Origin: a virus
Taxonomy: Duplodnaviria; Caudoviricetes
Virus record (IMG/VR): IMGVR_UViG_3300009508_000005
Coordinates: 1 to 60,075 of that record
Reading direction: 5' to 3' (one strand)
DNA: 60,075 bases
Both the position numbers and the translations under genes were made by a program. The first letter of the stretch is position 1. Every line of letters begins with the position of its first letter. This document shows, piece after piece, positions 15,024 to 25,271 of the stretch. The notes under the pieces were generated by a model. It was not told where the DNA came from and did not search any database. It worked only from the letters and a program-made list of their open reading frames with translations.

Positions 15024-17282
15024 ATGCTGGGTACGATCAACCCGCAGACAGCGCGTCTGCACACTCCGACGGTTGTGTACCCAGGCAGGGACCACGTCAC
15101 CACGGTGCAGGTATCCCGGTTCGATGGCCGGCGTTACCTGCCCGTGAACTTCGACGACCTCACCCGCGTAGTACTGTCGTTCTACCAACTGGACGACGTC
15201 ATACTGTTTGACTCCGCCACCACGGCGGACGTATTCAGCTGGGCAGGGGATACGATCGAGATTGATCTGACCCTGTTCGCCATGCCGGCATCGGTACTCC
15301 GGTGCCAGATCCTGCTGTACGACGCGGAGCACGAGCGCGGCCAAGTGCTTGTCGACGACATCGACACCGTACTGGAGTTCGACTTCCGCGACATCGTGGT
15401 CTCGGGAACTCTGGCGCCTCCTGTGGGTACCCCGGCTACTCTCGCTGATTTGCAAGCGGCTATGGACGCTCACGTCGCTGAGGCGGATCCGCACACCCAG
15501 TACCTGAACAAGACCCGTGGCGACCTACTGTATGACCCACTGGGGAGTGCTGCGACTGCCGCAGGCGCGGCTGTAAGCGCCCACGTGGATGCGACCGACC
15601 CGCATACCCAGTACCTGAACGAGACGCGGGGCGACAGCCGGTACGTGGCGCTGGAACCGGGCAAAGGACTGTCGGCTAACGACTTCACGGACGGTCTGAA
15701 AGACAAGCTCGACGAGGTAGCAGATGGCGCGACAGCTAATCAGGCCGACGCCTACCTGCTAGCTCGTGGAAACCACACCGGTACCCAGCTCGCAGCCACT
15801 ATCAGCGACTTCGACTCCGCAGCGGAAGCAGCGGCCCCGGTGCAAAGCGTGCAGGGCAGAGCAGGCGCCGTAGTTATTACAGCTGCCGATCTGAGCCTGG
15901 AAGAGGTAGATAACACCAGCGATGCAGATAAGCCACTGAGTGACGCGGCAGTGGCTGCGCTTAATCTCAAGCTGAACGCTTCGCTAAAAGGCGCAGACAA
16001 TGGCCTTGCTGAGCTGGATAACGACGGCAAGGTTCCGCTAAGCCAGATCAGCGACGCAGTGCTTGGGCAGCTGAGCTATCAGGGGTTGTGGAACGCGAGC
16101 ACCAACACGCCAACACTGCCAAGCACTCCAGCCCAAAAGGGCGATTACTACATTGCCAGCGTCGCCGGCACTCAGTTCGGTATTGAGTTTGATGTTGGCG
16201 ACTGGCTGGTATCTGACGGCGCGGCTTGGGGTAAGGTAGACAACACCGACGCGGTGGCCTCGGTCAACGGCAAGAAAGGCGCTGTCACAATTACCAAGGC
16301 TGATGTTGCGCTGGGTAATGCCGACAATACCGCGGACGCCGATAAGCCGGTTAGCGGCCCGCAGCTTACAGCGCTTAATCTAAAAGCCGACAAGACCGAT
16401 GCCCGGTTCACTGACGCCCGCGAATGGACTGCAACCGAAGTGCCACAACTGGAAGCCGAAACAGGCGAGGCGACTACCGCGCGCAAGTGGACTTCGCTGC
16501 GCGTGCGGCAGGCGACCACGGCTTGGTGGGCTGGGCTAGGCACTTCATTCGGCAGAGGCTTTGTGAGTCTTGTAGACGCGGCGGCGGCGCGGGTGAAGCT
16601 GGGGCTTGGTACATTCGCTACGGCGAACTACGACACAGCTCCTTTCTCAAATCTTATGCCTGATAGCGGGCGATTTGCCGGGAAGATGAACCCGCTATCA
16701 CTAACAGTCGGGGCGTTTCAATCATCCCCGTTGTTGCCCGGATTAAATGGGGGCACGCACGCTAGCGGCGGCAAGTTCGCGCACGGCGCGGGTGGAAGTA
16801 CAGAGGCCGTTACTAGCTTACTTGCGGCTATGGGTCGAGCCGGGGCTATTTATGGAGTGGAGTTTTATGTTGATGAGTTCACCTGCGGCTCTGGTACAGC
16901 CAACCCGAGTGTTGGTTTAGATGGTGTCACACGGTATTACGCAGTAACTGATACATCCGGGCGAGCTATGTTCCAAGCGAAAGGTAAGAGCACGTTTGCG
17001 ACTTGGCTAAGAGTCGCCGAGGGAAGTATGCATTCCCGGGCGGATGGGCAAATAAAGAATGGAGTGCCCATTCCCAGCTCGACTGCATTTACTCCGGCAG
17101 ACGGGTGGTTCCATTTCCGGACAGTTCAGACGTCTACAACGGGGTACGCGACAAATAATCCGGGGTTCGCAGGGTTGCCAGGGACAAAGATTCAGATGGC
17201 ATGTTCCGGCTTTTTCGGTGGGATTGTCGATACCGGCATTCATGCGTCGCCACTAGCCGCAAACAACGAATTGATGGGGTAA
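15024..17282 (+). CDS. Tail fiber protein
   Basis: H...DPHTQYL repeats, GKGLSANDFT, VQSVQGRAGAV/VDNTSD.DKP fibre repeats, G.WNASTNTP. Confidence 0.88.
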   Translation: MLGTINPQTARLHTPTVVYPGRDHVTTVQVSRFDGRRYLPVNFDDLTRVVLSFYQLDDVILFDSATTADVFSWAGDTIEIDLTLFAMPASVLRCQILLYDAEHERGQVLVDDIDTVLEFDFRDIVVSGTLAPPVGTPATLADLQAAMDAHVAEADPHTQYLNKTRGDLLYDPLGSAATAAGAAVSAHVDATDPHTQYLNETRGDSRYVALEPGKGLSANDFTDGLKDKLDEVADGATANQADAYLLARGNHTGTQLAATISDFDSAAEAAAPVQSVQGRAGAVVITAADLSLEEVDNTSDADKPLSDAAVAALNLKLNASLKGADNGLAELDNDGKVPLSQISDAVLGQLSYQGLWNASTNTPTLPSTPAQKGDYYIASVAGTQFGIEFDVGDWLVSDGAAWGKVDNTDAVASVNGKKGAVTITKADVALGNADNTADADKPVSGPQLTALNLKADKTDARFTDAREWTATEVPQLEAETGEATTARKWTSLRVRQATTAWWAGLGTSFGRGFVSLVDAAAARVKLGLGTFATANYDTAPFSNLMPDSGRFAGKMNPLSLTVGAFQSSPLLPGLNGGTHASGGKFAHGAGGSTEAVTSLLAAMGRAGAIYGVEFYVDEFTCGSGTANPSVGLDGVTRYYAVTDTSGRAMFQAKGKSTFATWLRVAEGSMHSRADGQIKNGVPIPSSTAFTPADGWFHFRTVQTSTTGYATNNPGFAGLPGTKIQMACSGFFGGIVDTGIHASPLAANNELMG

Positions 17283-17285
17283 TCC

Positions 17286-17660
17286 ATGAGAATACTTAGA
17301 GACGGCGCGTACTTTTCAGAAGTCGGTGATATTCATTTGGTAGCAGTTGCCATGGGCGAGGATGTCTCACGCTACAGCTTTCATCCAGACGATCTTGCAG
17401 CGCAACAACGCAGTGAGTTCAAGGATTCACGCGCGGCACTCGTCGCTGCTATTACTGTAACAACAGCCGCAGGCAATACGTTCGATGGCGACGAGCGGTC
17501 ACAGGAACGAATGGCCCGCAGCATCACGGCGCTGGATGAGCGTGAAACAGTTCTGTGGGTGTTACACGACAACAGCGTGATCGATGCAAGCCGTGACGAG
17601 CTGCGCGAAGCGTTGCGTTTGGCTAGGGCTGCTCAGGCTGCGCTATGGGTACAAGGGTAG
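17286..17660 (+). CDS. Tail fiber assembly/chaperone protein (DUF4376-like)
   Basis: GNTFDGDE.SQ.RM...W.L.DN motif; follows fibre gene. Confidence 0.75.
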   Translation: MRILRDGAYFSEVGDIHLVAVAMGEDVSRYSFHPDDLAAQQRSEFKDSRAALVAAITVTTAAGNTFDGDERSQERMARSITALDERETVLWVLHDNSVIDASRDELREALRLARAAQAALWVQG

Positions 17661-17719
17661 GGATGCCGGTACTGCAAACTTCACCGGCCATATAACTAGG
17701 ATTTTCAGGGCGAGGCCAC

Positions 17720-18130
17720 ATGAAATATTACAGCGTGAAATACAAGTCAGGCCGCAGTCACCCCGGCACACAGGAGTTCTGGAAAATCACTATCGACTCT
17801 AAGCATGAAGGCGATTTGGGTTTGCTGGAGCACGAGAAATTGCACGTTCAAAACTGGTACGCAGTGACGATACTGTGTTGGCTTATCACCGGCGCGCTGG
17901 CCTATTGGGTAGCACCCATTATTGGCTGGCTGGCCGTGCTCGCACCCTTTGCCAAAAAGGCGCTGTACCGAACCAAGTGGTATCGCGTGTGGGCTGAGTT
18001 GCGCAGCTACAAGGCGCAGCTCAAGGTTGGTGTTGGTCCCGGTCTCCCTTATGGAAGCAACGAGTTCGCTGTACAAGCAATGACCGGCCACGGCATGGAC
18101 GAAGACGACGCGCGCAAGGCACTGGAGTAA
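17720..18130 (+). CDS. Hypothetical membrane protein with HExxH motif (possible zinc metallopeptidase)
   Basis: HEKLH, hydrophobic stretch, downstream ELRSY. Confidence 0.55.
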   Translation: MKYYSVKYKSGRSHPGTQEFWKITIDSKHEGDLGLLEHEKLHVQNWYAVTILCWLITGALAYWVAPIIGWLAVLAPFAKKALYRTKWYRVWAELRSYKAQLKVGVGPGLPYGSNEFAVQAMTGHGMDEDDARKALE

Positions 18131-18133
18131 AGT

Positions 18134-18676
18134 ATGGACCCCTTCGCTTGGAACGAACCGGAAGAGCCGCGAGCAATGCGCGAGCCCGTCTTCGATGGAA
18201 CAGACCCACTCGCCATAGTTCGTAGTATCCCCGCGCACGTCCCACTGTCTCCGGTGAGCGCGGCTAAGCGCCCCGAGTGGGATATGCGGTTGGTCATCGA
18301 CTATGTGCTGGGTGCGAGCAAGGAGGCTATCTGCGAAGAGTATGGCCTGATGCCGCACCACTACGACCGGATCGAGCAGGACATTGGGTTCCTCGGCAAA
18401 GTCGCCGCGTTGAAAAAGGAGCTTGAGAAGGATGGGGCGACGTTCACACTCAAGGCAAAAATCCAAGCGGAGTCCCTGATTGACGTGTCGTACAAGATGG
18501 CGACGGACCCGAACACCGACGACCGCGTGCGGGCCAAACTGATCGGTGACACGGTCCGATGGGCCGGTCTCGACAAGACGGGCGCGTCCGTTGACTCCAC
18601 CGGGGGGTTCTCAATCAGCATTAACCTGGGCGGTCATCGCGGCAACGTCATCGACGGGGAGTCGCACGAACTATGA
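18134..18676 (+). CDS. Terminase small subunit (putative)
   Basis: Directly upstream of and coupled to TerL; GGFSISINLG C-terminus. Confidence 0.7.
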   Translation: MDPFAWNEPEEPRAMREPVFDGTDPLAIVRSIPAHVPLSPVSAAKRPEWDMRLVIDYVLGASKEAICEEYGLMPHHYDRIEQDIGFLGKVAALKKELEKDGATFTLKAKIQAESLIDVSYKMATDPNTDDRVRAKLIGDTVRWAGLDKTGASVDSTGGFSISINLGGHRGNVIDGESHEL

Positions 18677-20106
18677 GCGTAAACTACACGCCTACCCCCT
18701 CCGGGGCCGCACTGATCACGAGCGAGAAAAAGTACTCGTTCATCATCGGACCCGTTGGTAGCGGCAAATCAGTGGCGTGCCTGTTCAAGATCCTGTACCA
18801 CGCGAAGCGGCAGGTACCCAACCCCGAAGACGGCATCCGGTACACACGGTTCGTGGTCGTGCGTAACACTAACCGGGATCTACAGGACACCACGCTAAAG
18901 TCGTTCTTCCAGTGGTTCCCACCGGGCAAGGCGGGGGAGTGGAAGGCTACCCCGAAGAACTTTATATTTCGGTACGACGACGTGCACTGCGAAGTCATGT
19001 TCCGCCCACTGGACACCCCAGAAGACGTTTCCAGCGTTCTATCCCTGGAGATTACGGGGGCGATGATCGACGAGTTCGTTGAGATCCCACGGGAGATTAT
19101 CGACGCCCTGCAGTCCCGCTGTGGGCGGTACCCATCCAAGAAGGAAGGCGGCTGCACGTGGAAGGGGATGTGGGGCGCGTCCAACCCTGGGGTCGAGGAC
19201 TCCTGGTGGTACGACTGGCTGAACTTTGAGTGGCCCGAGGAAGAGGGCGGCATCGTCGCACAGCAGCGTGTCCTGAATTACTTTCTACAGCCCAGCGGGT
19301 TTTCCCCCGATGCAGAGAACTTGGAGAACCTACCTCCGTACACCAAGGACAGCAACGAGTACTACATCGAGCTGGCCGACGGCAAGACTGAGTCGTGGAT
19401 CAAACAGTTCATTGAGGTCGAGTGGGGCTATAGTCAGCGGGGCAAACCCGTGTACAAGACGTTCAAAAAAGCAATGCATGTGGCCACTGGTCCGCTCCGG
19501 TACAACCCGAACCTGCCTATCATCATGGGATTCGACGCAGGGTTGACCCCCGCCGCCGTGTTCACACAGCAGGACAGCTTCGGTCGCGTGCTAATCCTGG
19601 CGGAGATAATTTCCGAGGGCATGGGCGCCAAGCGGTTCTGCCGTGAGAAGGTCAAACCGCTGATCAATAGGATGTTTCCTGGGTGCCGCCTGATGGTCGC
19701 AGCTGACCCCGCCACCAAGCAGCGCGCGCAGACCGACGAGAAGACGGTCGCTAAGGTGCTTGAGGAAGAACTGGGCGTGAAGGTACAGCCCGCGAGAAGC
19801 AACGACTTGGCCTCACGGTTGGGCGCGGTGGAAGACCGCCTGATGTTGCTGACCGAGGCTGGCCCTGCGCTCCTGGTGGACCCGTCGTGCAAATATGCGA
19901 TCCAAGGGTTCGTCTCCGCGTACCGATATGCGATCAACAAGAAGGGTGCGGTAGCCGACACGCCCGAGAAGTCGCACCCCCATTCAGACCTTGCGGACAG
20001 TATTCAGTACGCTTGCATGGCGCACAACGAGGGCGTCGCCCGCGACGCCCGTGCTAGAAAGTTTGCTAATCATCCGGTACAGTCACGCAACACATACGTC
20101 TACTAG
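18673..20106 (+). CDS. terL: Terminase large subunit
   Basis: Walker A GPVGSGKS, VVRNT, Walker B AMIDE, ASNP, nuclease GFDAG and HSDLADSIQY. Confidence 0.95.
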   Translation: MSVNYTPTPSGAALITSEKKYSFIIGPVGSGKSVACLFKILYHAKRQVPNPEDGIRYTRFVVVRNTNRDLQDTTLKSFFQWFPPGKAGEWKATPKNFIFRYDDVHCEVMFRPLDTPEDVSSVLSLEITGAMIDEFVEIPREIIDALQSRCGRYPSKKEGGCTWKGMWGASNPGVEDSWWYDWLNFEWPEEEGGIVAQQRVLNYFLQPSGFSPDAENLENLPPYTKDSNEYYIELADGKTESWIKQFIEVEWGYSQRGKPVYKTFKKAMHVATGPLRYNPNLPIIMGFDAGLTPAAVFTQQDSFGRVLILAEIISEGMGAKRFCREKVKPLINRMFPGCRLMVAADPATKQRAQTDEKTVAKVLEEELGVKVQPARSNDLASRLGAVEDRLMLLTEAGPALLVDPSCKYAIQGFVSAYRYAINKKGAVADTPEKSHPHSDLADSIQYACMAHNEGVARDARARKFANHPVQSRNTYVY

Positions 20107-20117
20107 GGCACAGCACA

Positions 20118-22220
20118 ATGGCCGACGAAGGTACTAAGTTAGATATAGACAAGACTCGGCTCGTTGCGCTGGGCAAGACGTTGAAATCAAGATACTCCGA
20201 GTACGAGAAGGCGCGCGCGTCGCTAGAGCAGCAGTGGATAAAGAATTCTCGCCAGTACAAGGGGGAGTACGACCCGTCCGTACTGGAGGGGTTGAATACG
20301 GACCAGTCTCGGGCGTACCCGAAAATCACGCGAGTGAAAGTGCGCAGCTTGGTAGCAAGACTGCACGCCATGCTGTTCCCTGCCGGGGAGAAAAACTGGG
20401 GCGTCGAGTCGTCCCCCCGCCCGAAGTTACCTCTGGACCAGCTGACTAAGTTGGTCGAGCAGTGGCAGATGGAAAACCCGGAAGGGACCACCACACAGGA
20501 AGACATGGACCTCCTGGTTAAGAAGTTCGCGCTGGAGACCGCCGACAGGATGGAGAGCGTGATCGACGATCAGCTCTGCGACACGTCGGACGAAACCTCT
20601 GTGGACTACTCGATGAACGCGCGCAGCGTGATCTACTCCAGCGTACTGCAGGGGTGCGGCGTACTTAAAGGGCCGATGACCGTGGCCGACGCAGGTGGCG
20701 TTGTACGGGTCGAAAATGGCGTCCCCTCGGTTATCGACGTCGAGACTTACCGCCCCTACTTCGAGTGGGTATCCCTGTGGGACTACTACCCGGATCTGTC
20801 CGCGAAGACGTTCAAGGGCATGGAAGGTCAGTTCCAGCGCCACGTTTACACTAGGTCGCAGGTGTCCGCTTTGGCGGAACGCGATGACTACATGGGGGAC
20901 GAGATAACCCAGTACCTAACGGACCACACGGAAGGCAACTACCGGAAGCGGGATTATGAGACCCAGCTGGATACCATGGCTGCGGAGAAGTCCCAGACCC
21001 AACCCGCTGAGAACCGGAAGTTGGAGCTGATGGAATACTGGGGCGATGTCCTCGGGGCCGATCTTCGGGCCTGCGGGCAGGAAGTAAAAGACTCAGACCT
21101 CAGCAAGACATTGACCGCGTGTATCTGGATCATTGACGACGTCGTTGTCAAGGCTGCTGTTTCCCCGTTCGGGCGTCAGTTCTCCATGTATCACCAGTTC
21201 GTATTCGAGGAAGACGAGATCAGCCTGACGGGCAGTGGGCTCCCGCTGATCATGCGAGACAGCCAGATGGGGGTATCCACATTCACGCGTATGCTGGTGG
21301 ACAACGCTGCGTCGGTCTGCGGGCCGAACGTGGAGGTCGATGTAGAGCAGCTGTCCTCGAACGACACGGACCTAGTTATTCGCCCGTTCAAGGTGTGGCG
21401 CAAGGACAACGCATCGCCCACTGGGGGTAACGCGGTGATACCGGTGAAGTTTGACGCCCACATGAATGAGCTGCAGTCCGCTATCCAGATGTTCCGCGAG
21501 TTGGCCGACACGGAAACATTCGTGAACCCCATGACCGGCGGGGACATGGAGAACATGCCGTCCGAGGCGCTGCGCACGCAGGGCAACATGTCGATGGCGA
21601 TGGGTAGCGCCGCACTCCCGTTCAAGGACGTGGTGCGCAACTTCGACAAGTTCACCAGCAGCGTGATCAGCTCGTTGGTGCAGTGGAACCTGGAGTACCA
21701 CGAGGACCGCGACCAGCTGCAGGGCGATTTACGCCCCGTGGCTAAAGGCGCCAGCAGCCTGATGGCGAAAGAGATCCGCGCGTTTACGCTGGACAACCTA
21801 TCCGCCACGTTGACCCCGGAAGACCGGGTGTATATCAACGAGGAAGAACTACTGAAAGAGCGACTGGCCTCACGTGACCTGCCACTGGCTAAGCTGCTGG
21901 CGGCACCAGACGAGGTCAAGCGCCGCAAGGAAGCCAACGCACAGCAGGCCCAGAAGCAGACAGAGCAGAACGACGCGATGTTCCAGGCCGAGCTGAAAAC
22001 ACTAATGACCGAGGCGCTGAAAGACACGGTCCAAGCCCAGAAGAACCTCGGGGCTATGGACGCGGACATCGCTAAGGTGTTCTTGGACGCCGTAGAGCAA
22101 GGGGTAGACATTGACGCACTCAAGCAAGCAGTCACAATGGCTGCAGGTCAAAGAGCTGCTGCGCCTGGAAACGGCGCTGGCAGCGGCACTGGAGAAAGCC
22201 CTGACGTCGGAGCTGCGTAG
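20118..22220 (+). CDS. Portal protein
   Basis: 700 aa after TerL; GCGVLKGP, WDYYPD, coiled-coil C-terminus as in podovirus portals. Confidence 0.88.
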   Translation: MADEGTKLDIDKTRLVALGKTLKSRYSEYEKARASLEQQWIKNSRQYKGEYDPSVLEGLNTDQSRAYPKITRVKVRSLVARLHAMLFPAGEKNWGVESSPRPKLPLDQLTKLVEQWQMENPEGTTTQEDMDLLVKKFALETADRMESVIDDQLCDTSDETSVDYSMNARSVIYSSVLQGCGVLKGPMTVADAGGVVRVENGVPSVIDVETYRPYFEWVSLWDYYPDLSAKTFKGMEGQFQRHVYTRSQVSALAERDDYMGDEITQYLTDHTEGNYRKRDYETQLDTMAAEKSQTQPAENRKLELMEYWGDVLGADLRACGQEVKDSDLSKTLTACIWIIDDVVVKAAVSPFGRQFSMYHQFVFEEDEISLTGSGLPLIMRDSQMGVSTFTRMLVDNAASVCGPNVEVDVEQLSSNDTDLVIRPFKVWRKDNASPTGGNAVIPVKFDAHMNELQSAIQMFRELADTETFVNPMTGGDMENMPSEALRTQGNMSMAMGSAALPFKDVVRNFDKFTSSVISSLVQWNLEYHEDRDQLQGDLRPVAKGASSLMAKEIRAFTLDNLSATLTPEDRVYINEEELLKERLASRDLPLAKLLAAPDEVKRRKEANAQQAQKQTEQNDAMFQAELKTLMTEALKDTVQAQKNLGAMDADIAKVFLDAVEQGVDIDALKQAVTMAAGQRAAAPGNGAGSGTGESPDVGAA

Positions 22221-22353
22221 GGCGCTAAGCAACGTGGCGAAGGCTAACGATGTGGTAGAAGTTCGCCGCCACCAGGGAGAAGTCCGCGCACTGAATGCGG
22301 TGATGCGGGAGCTAGGGTGCAAAAAACAAGCCACTGAGCTTGACATTGAATAA
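22111..22353 (+). CDS. Small hypothetical head-module protein overlapping portal 3' end
   Basis: RRHQGEVRAL motif typical of small genes between portal and scaffold; start uncertain. Confidence 0.5.
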   Translation: MTHSSKQSQWLQVKELLRLETALAAALEKALTSELRRALSNVAKANDVVEVRRHQGEVRALNAVMRELGCKKQATELDIE

Positions 22354-22374
22354 CGACACAGGTAAATAACCACC

Positions 22375-23388
22375 ATGAGCGAAGAAAACGAGTTCGACGA
22401 AGCATTTGACGGAGCGTTCGCCGCAGCGACAGGCGGGGAACCAGCCGCCGACGTAGAGGTTCCTACCTCCCCCGCCGCCGCGCCCGCAGCAGAATCCACT
22501 GATGGGGATACGCCGGTTAAGGACGAGCCCGCAGCAGAATCCGCTGATGGGGATACGCCGGTTAAGGACGAGCCCGCAGCAGAATCCGCTGATGGGGATA
22601 CGCCGGTTAAAGACGAGCCCGCAGCAGAATCCGCTGCCTCTGGCGCGGACGGTGACGTCCCCAAAGCGCCAGCCGCCGTAGCCCCCGTGGTCCCTGCCCC
22701 GGTACCGCAGCCCCCGCTGGATCCGCAGTTCATCGCGCAGGCGGTAGCTGAGCAGATGCGCAAGCAGCAGGCGTCCCCGGACCCTGCGCCGACCGCAGCA
22801 CCCGAGGCGTATGTGCCGAAGACTGCGGACGATTTCTTGACAGCTGAGCAGAAAGCAGCGCTCGCCGTGTTCGATAGCGACTGGAACGACGTGGCCCCCG
22901 TGGTCCGTGACCTCCTGGCCGCGACAATACAAGCCGAGCGTGCTAACATTCGGCAGGAAGTGATGGCAGAGGTAGGGCAGACTCTGGCGCCGGTTCAGCA
23001 GCTTGCTGCTAAATCGCAGGGCGACGCCTTTAACTCCGCTGTCGAAGCGGCCCACCCCGACTGGCGCGAAGTAGCGCAGAAGTTGCCGGAGTGGATCGAA
23101 TCGGACCCCTTGGTACGCGACCGTTTGATGGACGTTTACCAGAATGGGACCGCGCAGGAAGCGATTAACCTGATCTCCAGGTTTAAACAAGCGACAGGCC
23201 AACCGAGTGCAGCGCCAGTTAAACCAGCCTCGCCAGCCCCGCAAGTAACGCCTAAAGCAGCGCCGTCCAAAGCAGCCTTGGCTGCTACAATGGCCCCGCC
23301 ACGGGCTCAACGCAGTGCAACAACTGCAGCTAAGGATCCCGCCGACTTCGATGCGGCGTTTGAAGAAGCTGCGAAACAAACTGGTTGA
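22375..23388 (+). CDS. Capsid scaffolding protein (putative)
   Basis: Acidic P/A-rich, before MCP; AHPDW motif; FD.AF at both termini. Confidence 0.75.
   Translation: MSEENEFDEAFDGAFAAATGGEPAADVEVPTSPAAAPAAESTDGDTPVKDEPAAESADGDTPVKDEPAAESADGDTPVKDEPAAESAASGADGDVPKAPAAVAPVVPAPVPQPPLDPQFIAQAVAEQMRKQQASPDPAPTAAPEAYVPKTADDFLTAEQKAALAVFDSDWNDVAPVVRDLLAATIQAERANIRQEVMAEVGQTLAPVQQLAAKSQGDAFNSAVEAAHPDWREVAQKLPEWIESDPLVRDRLMDVYQNGTAQEAINLISRFKQATGQPSAAPVKPASPAPQVTPKAAPSKAALAATMAPPRAQRSATTAAKDPADFDAAFEEAAKQTG
22482..22636 (+). repeat. 45-bp tandem repeat (~3.4 copies; PAAESADGDTPVKDE)
   Basis: Units start 22482, 22527, 22572, 22617. Confidence 0.9.
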
Positions 23389-23420
23389 CTTGACCGACTG
23401 GTAACTAGAGGAAATACATC

Positions 23421-24473
23421 ATGGCTTATGCAGGCAATGCTTACGGCGACCTGACTCCGCGTCAGTCGGCCTTCTCCGTCGTTGAGTTCTTGAAGCGCGC
23501 TCTACCCCTTTTGACTATCGAGAAGTTCGGTACTCAGAAGCCGCTGCCTAAGAACGAAACCAAGACCATCAAAATGCGCCGCTACTTCCTGATTGGCGGC
23601 ACTGGTGCGTACTCCGGTAACGCCGGCGCGTACAACATGCCGTTGGCTACTACCCCGCTGACCGAGGGTGAGACCCCCACTGGCACCAAGATGGGCTACA
23701 AGGACTACTCTGTAGACATCGCGCAGTACGGCAACTGGACTGGTTTCAGTGACTTCGTGCTGGATCTCCACGAGGATGTCCCGCCGGTCATCAAAGAGTT
23801 CAGCGACATCTTGGGTGAGCAGGCAGCTACCACCAAAGAGACGCTGACGTACAACGTGTTGAAGGCGGGTACCAACGTGTTCTACGCCAACGGCTCCGCG
23901 CGTACCAGTGTGAACACTCCGATCACCAAGGGTATGATTCGCCGCGTGACCCGCGCGATGAAGAACCAGAACGTAATGAAGATCACTACTGTTCTGGCCT
24001 CCACGCCGAACTACAACGTGCAGCCAATCGAAGCCGCATACGTCGCGCTGGTTCACCCGAACTGCGAGAACGACGTGCGTGAGATCGACGGCTTTATCAA
24101 CGTCGCCAACTACGCGCAAGGCAAGGCGTTCGAGGGTGAGATTGGTAAGGTGGAAGACGTTCGCTTCGTCAGCTCCACCGTGTTCACCGCGTTCGCAGAC
24201 GGCGGCGGCGCCTACGCTGGCAGCGGCACTGACATGCTGTCTACCACGGGCACCAGCGCTGACGTCTATCCGATCCTGTTCCTGGGTAAGGAAGCGTTCT
24301 CTATCATCCCACTTCGCGGTAAGGAAGCGGCCATGATGAGCGTTGTCTATCCCAAGGCGTCTGAGTCTGACCCGCTGGGCCAGCGCGGCGTAGTATCTTG
24401 GAAGATGTACCACGCTGCTATCATCACGAATGATTTCAACATCATTCGCGGCGAAGTAGCCGCCACCGCGTAA
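23421..24473 (+). CDS. Major capsid protein, N4-gp56 family
   Basis: YGDLTPR, LTEG.TP, QYG, GEIGKVEDVRFV, DPLGQRG.V.WK. Confidence 0.92.
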   Translation: MAYAGNAYGDLTPRQSAFSVVEFLKRALPLLTIEKFGTQKPLPKNETKTIKMRRYFLIGGTGAYSGNAGAYNMPLATTPLTEGETPTGTKMGYKDYSVDIAQYGNWTGFSDFVLDLHEDVPPVIKEFSDILGEQAATTKETLTYNVLKAGTNVFYANGSARTSVNTPITKGMIRRVTRAMKNQNVMKITTVLASTPNYNVQPIEAAYVALVHPNCENDVREIDGFINVANYAQGKAFEGEIGKVEDVRFVSSTVFTAFADGGGAYAGSGTDMLSTTGTSADVYPILFLGKEAFSIIPLRGKEAAMMSVVYPKASESDPLGQRGVVSWKMYHAAIITNDFNIIRGEVAATA

Positions 24474-24489
24474 TGTGGTGAGCTAGTCG

Positions 24490-24520
24490 ACAAACCCCGC
24501 CCAGTGCGGGGTTTGTTTTG
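24490..24520 (+). terminator. Rho-independent terminator after major capsid gene
   Basis: ACAAACCCCGC-loop-GCGGGGTTTGT followed by TTTG. Confidence 0.85.
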
Positions 24521-24528
24521 TCCAATAC

Positions 24529-24557
24529 TTGATCAAACCGCTGTGTCAGGCGATACT
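24529..24557 (+). promoter_or_regulatory. Sigma70-like promoter TTGATC-N17-GATACT
   Basis: Immediately after MCP terminator. Confidence 0.45.
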
Positions 24558-24591
24558 GCGACCCATACCAAACAAACAGGGCTTGACTCCA

Positions 24592-24837
24592 ATGGATAGA
24601 ATCTATATCGAACCTGCCGAGAACGGCCTAATCCTCCGCTACGACGACGACAAGATCCGGGACGCAAACCGGAAGAGCGGGTCGAAGTGGAAGGATCCCG
24701 AGGTTAAGAAGGTGTACCCCGATGCAGCGAGCATGCTGCAGGATCTGACCAACGTTCTCCCAACGATGAAACCACGGACCGCTAGCGCAACCGACGAGTT
24801 CGCTGAGTCCTTCGCAGAAGCAACCACCAAAGAGTAA
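24592..24837 (+). CDS. Hypothetical protein
   Basis: MDRIYIEPAENGLIL start. Confidence 0.65.
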   Translation: MDRIYIEPAENGLILRYDDDKIRDANRKSGSKWKDPEVKKVYPDAASMLQDLTNVLPTMKPRTASATDEFAESFAEATTKE

Positions 24838-24842
24838 CCGCA

Positions 24843-25268
24843 ATGACGACTGAAACTGAGAGCAACGAGCCAACCGAAACTACAGTAAAACCGCAGCAGC
24901 CCACCCCCCGCACCAATGCAGGGAAAGCAGCTGCCAAGTCCAGCAAGGGTAAGTCGACTGCCGCCAGCAAAGCGGACGCCGAACCTGCTTGCGTGGACCT
25001 CACTAAACCTGCGGACCACGAAGACGAGGACCACCCCCCGGTCATTATGCGGCTGCACTCTAGCGACAAGTTCCCCCCTAATGGGCAGCCGTTCGGCGTC
25101 AATGGGCGGTTCTTCGCGCTCAAAGCGGACGTGTGGTACCGAGTGCCTGGGTTCTTGCCACTGAGCATTTCTGACGTCGTGGAAGACATGCCGATCAAGG
25201 ACGAGAACGACCGTTTCGTTGGCACCCGAGCAGCCAAGCGGTTCCCATACGAAATCTTTAAGGCGTAA
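24843..25268 (+). CDS. Hypothetical head-module protein
   Basis: PFGVNGR...VP....RFPY motif. Confidence 0.65.
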   Translation: MTTETESNEPTETTVKPQQPTPRTNAGKAAAKSSKGKSTAASKADAEPACVDLTKPADHEDEDHPPVIMRLHSSDKFPPNGQPFGVNGRFFALKADVWYRVPGFLPLSISDVVEDMPIKDENDRFVGTRAAKRFPYEIFKA

Positions 25269-25271
25269 ACC

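Noticed and set aside
21191-24413. Long minus-strand ORFs opposite portal, scaffold and capsid
   Set aside because: Shadow frames from high-GC codon bias; no motifs or SD
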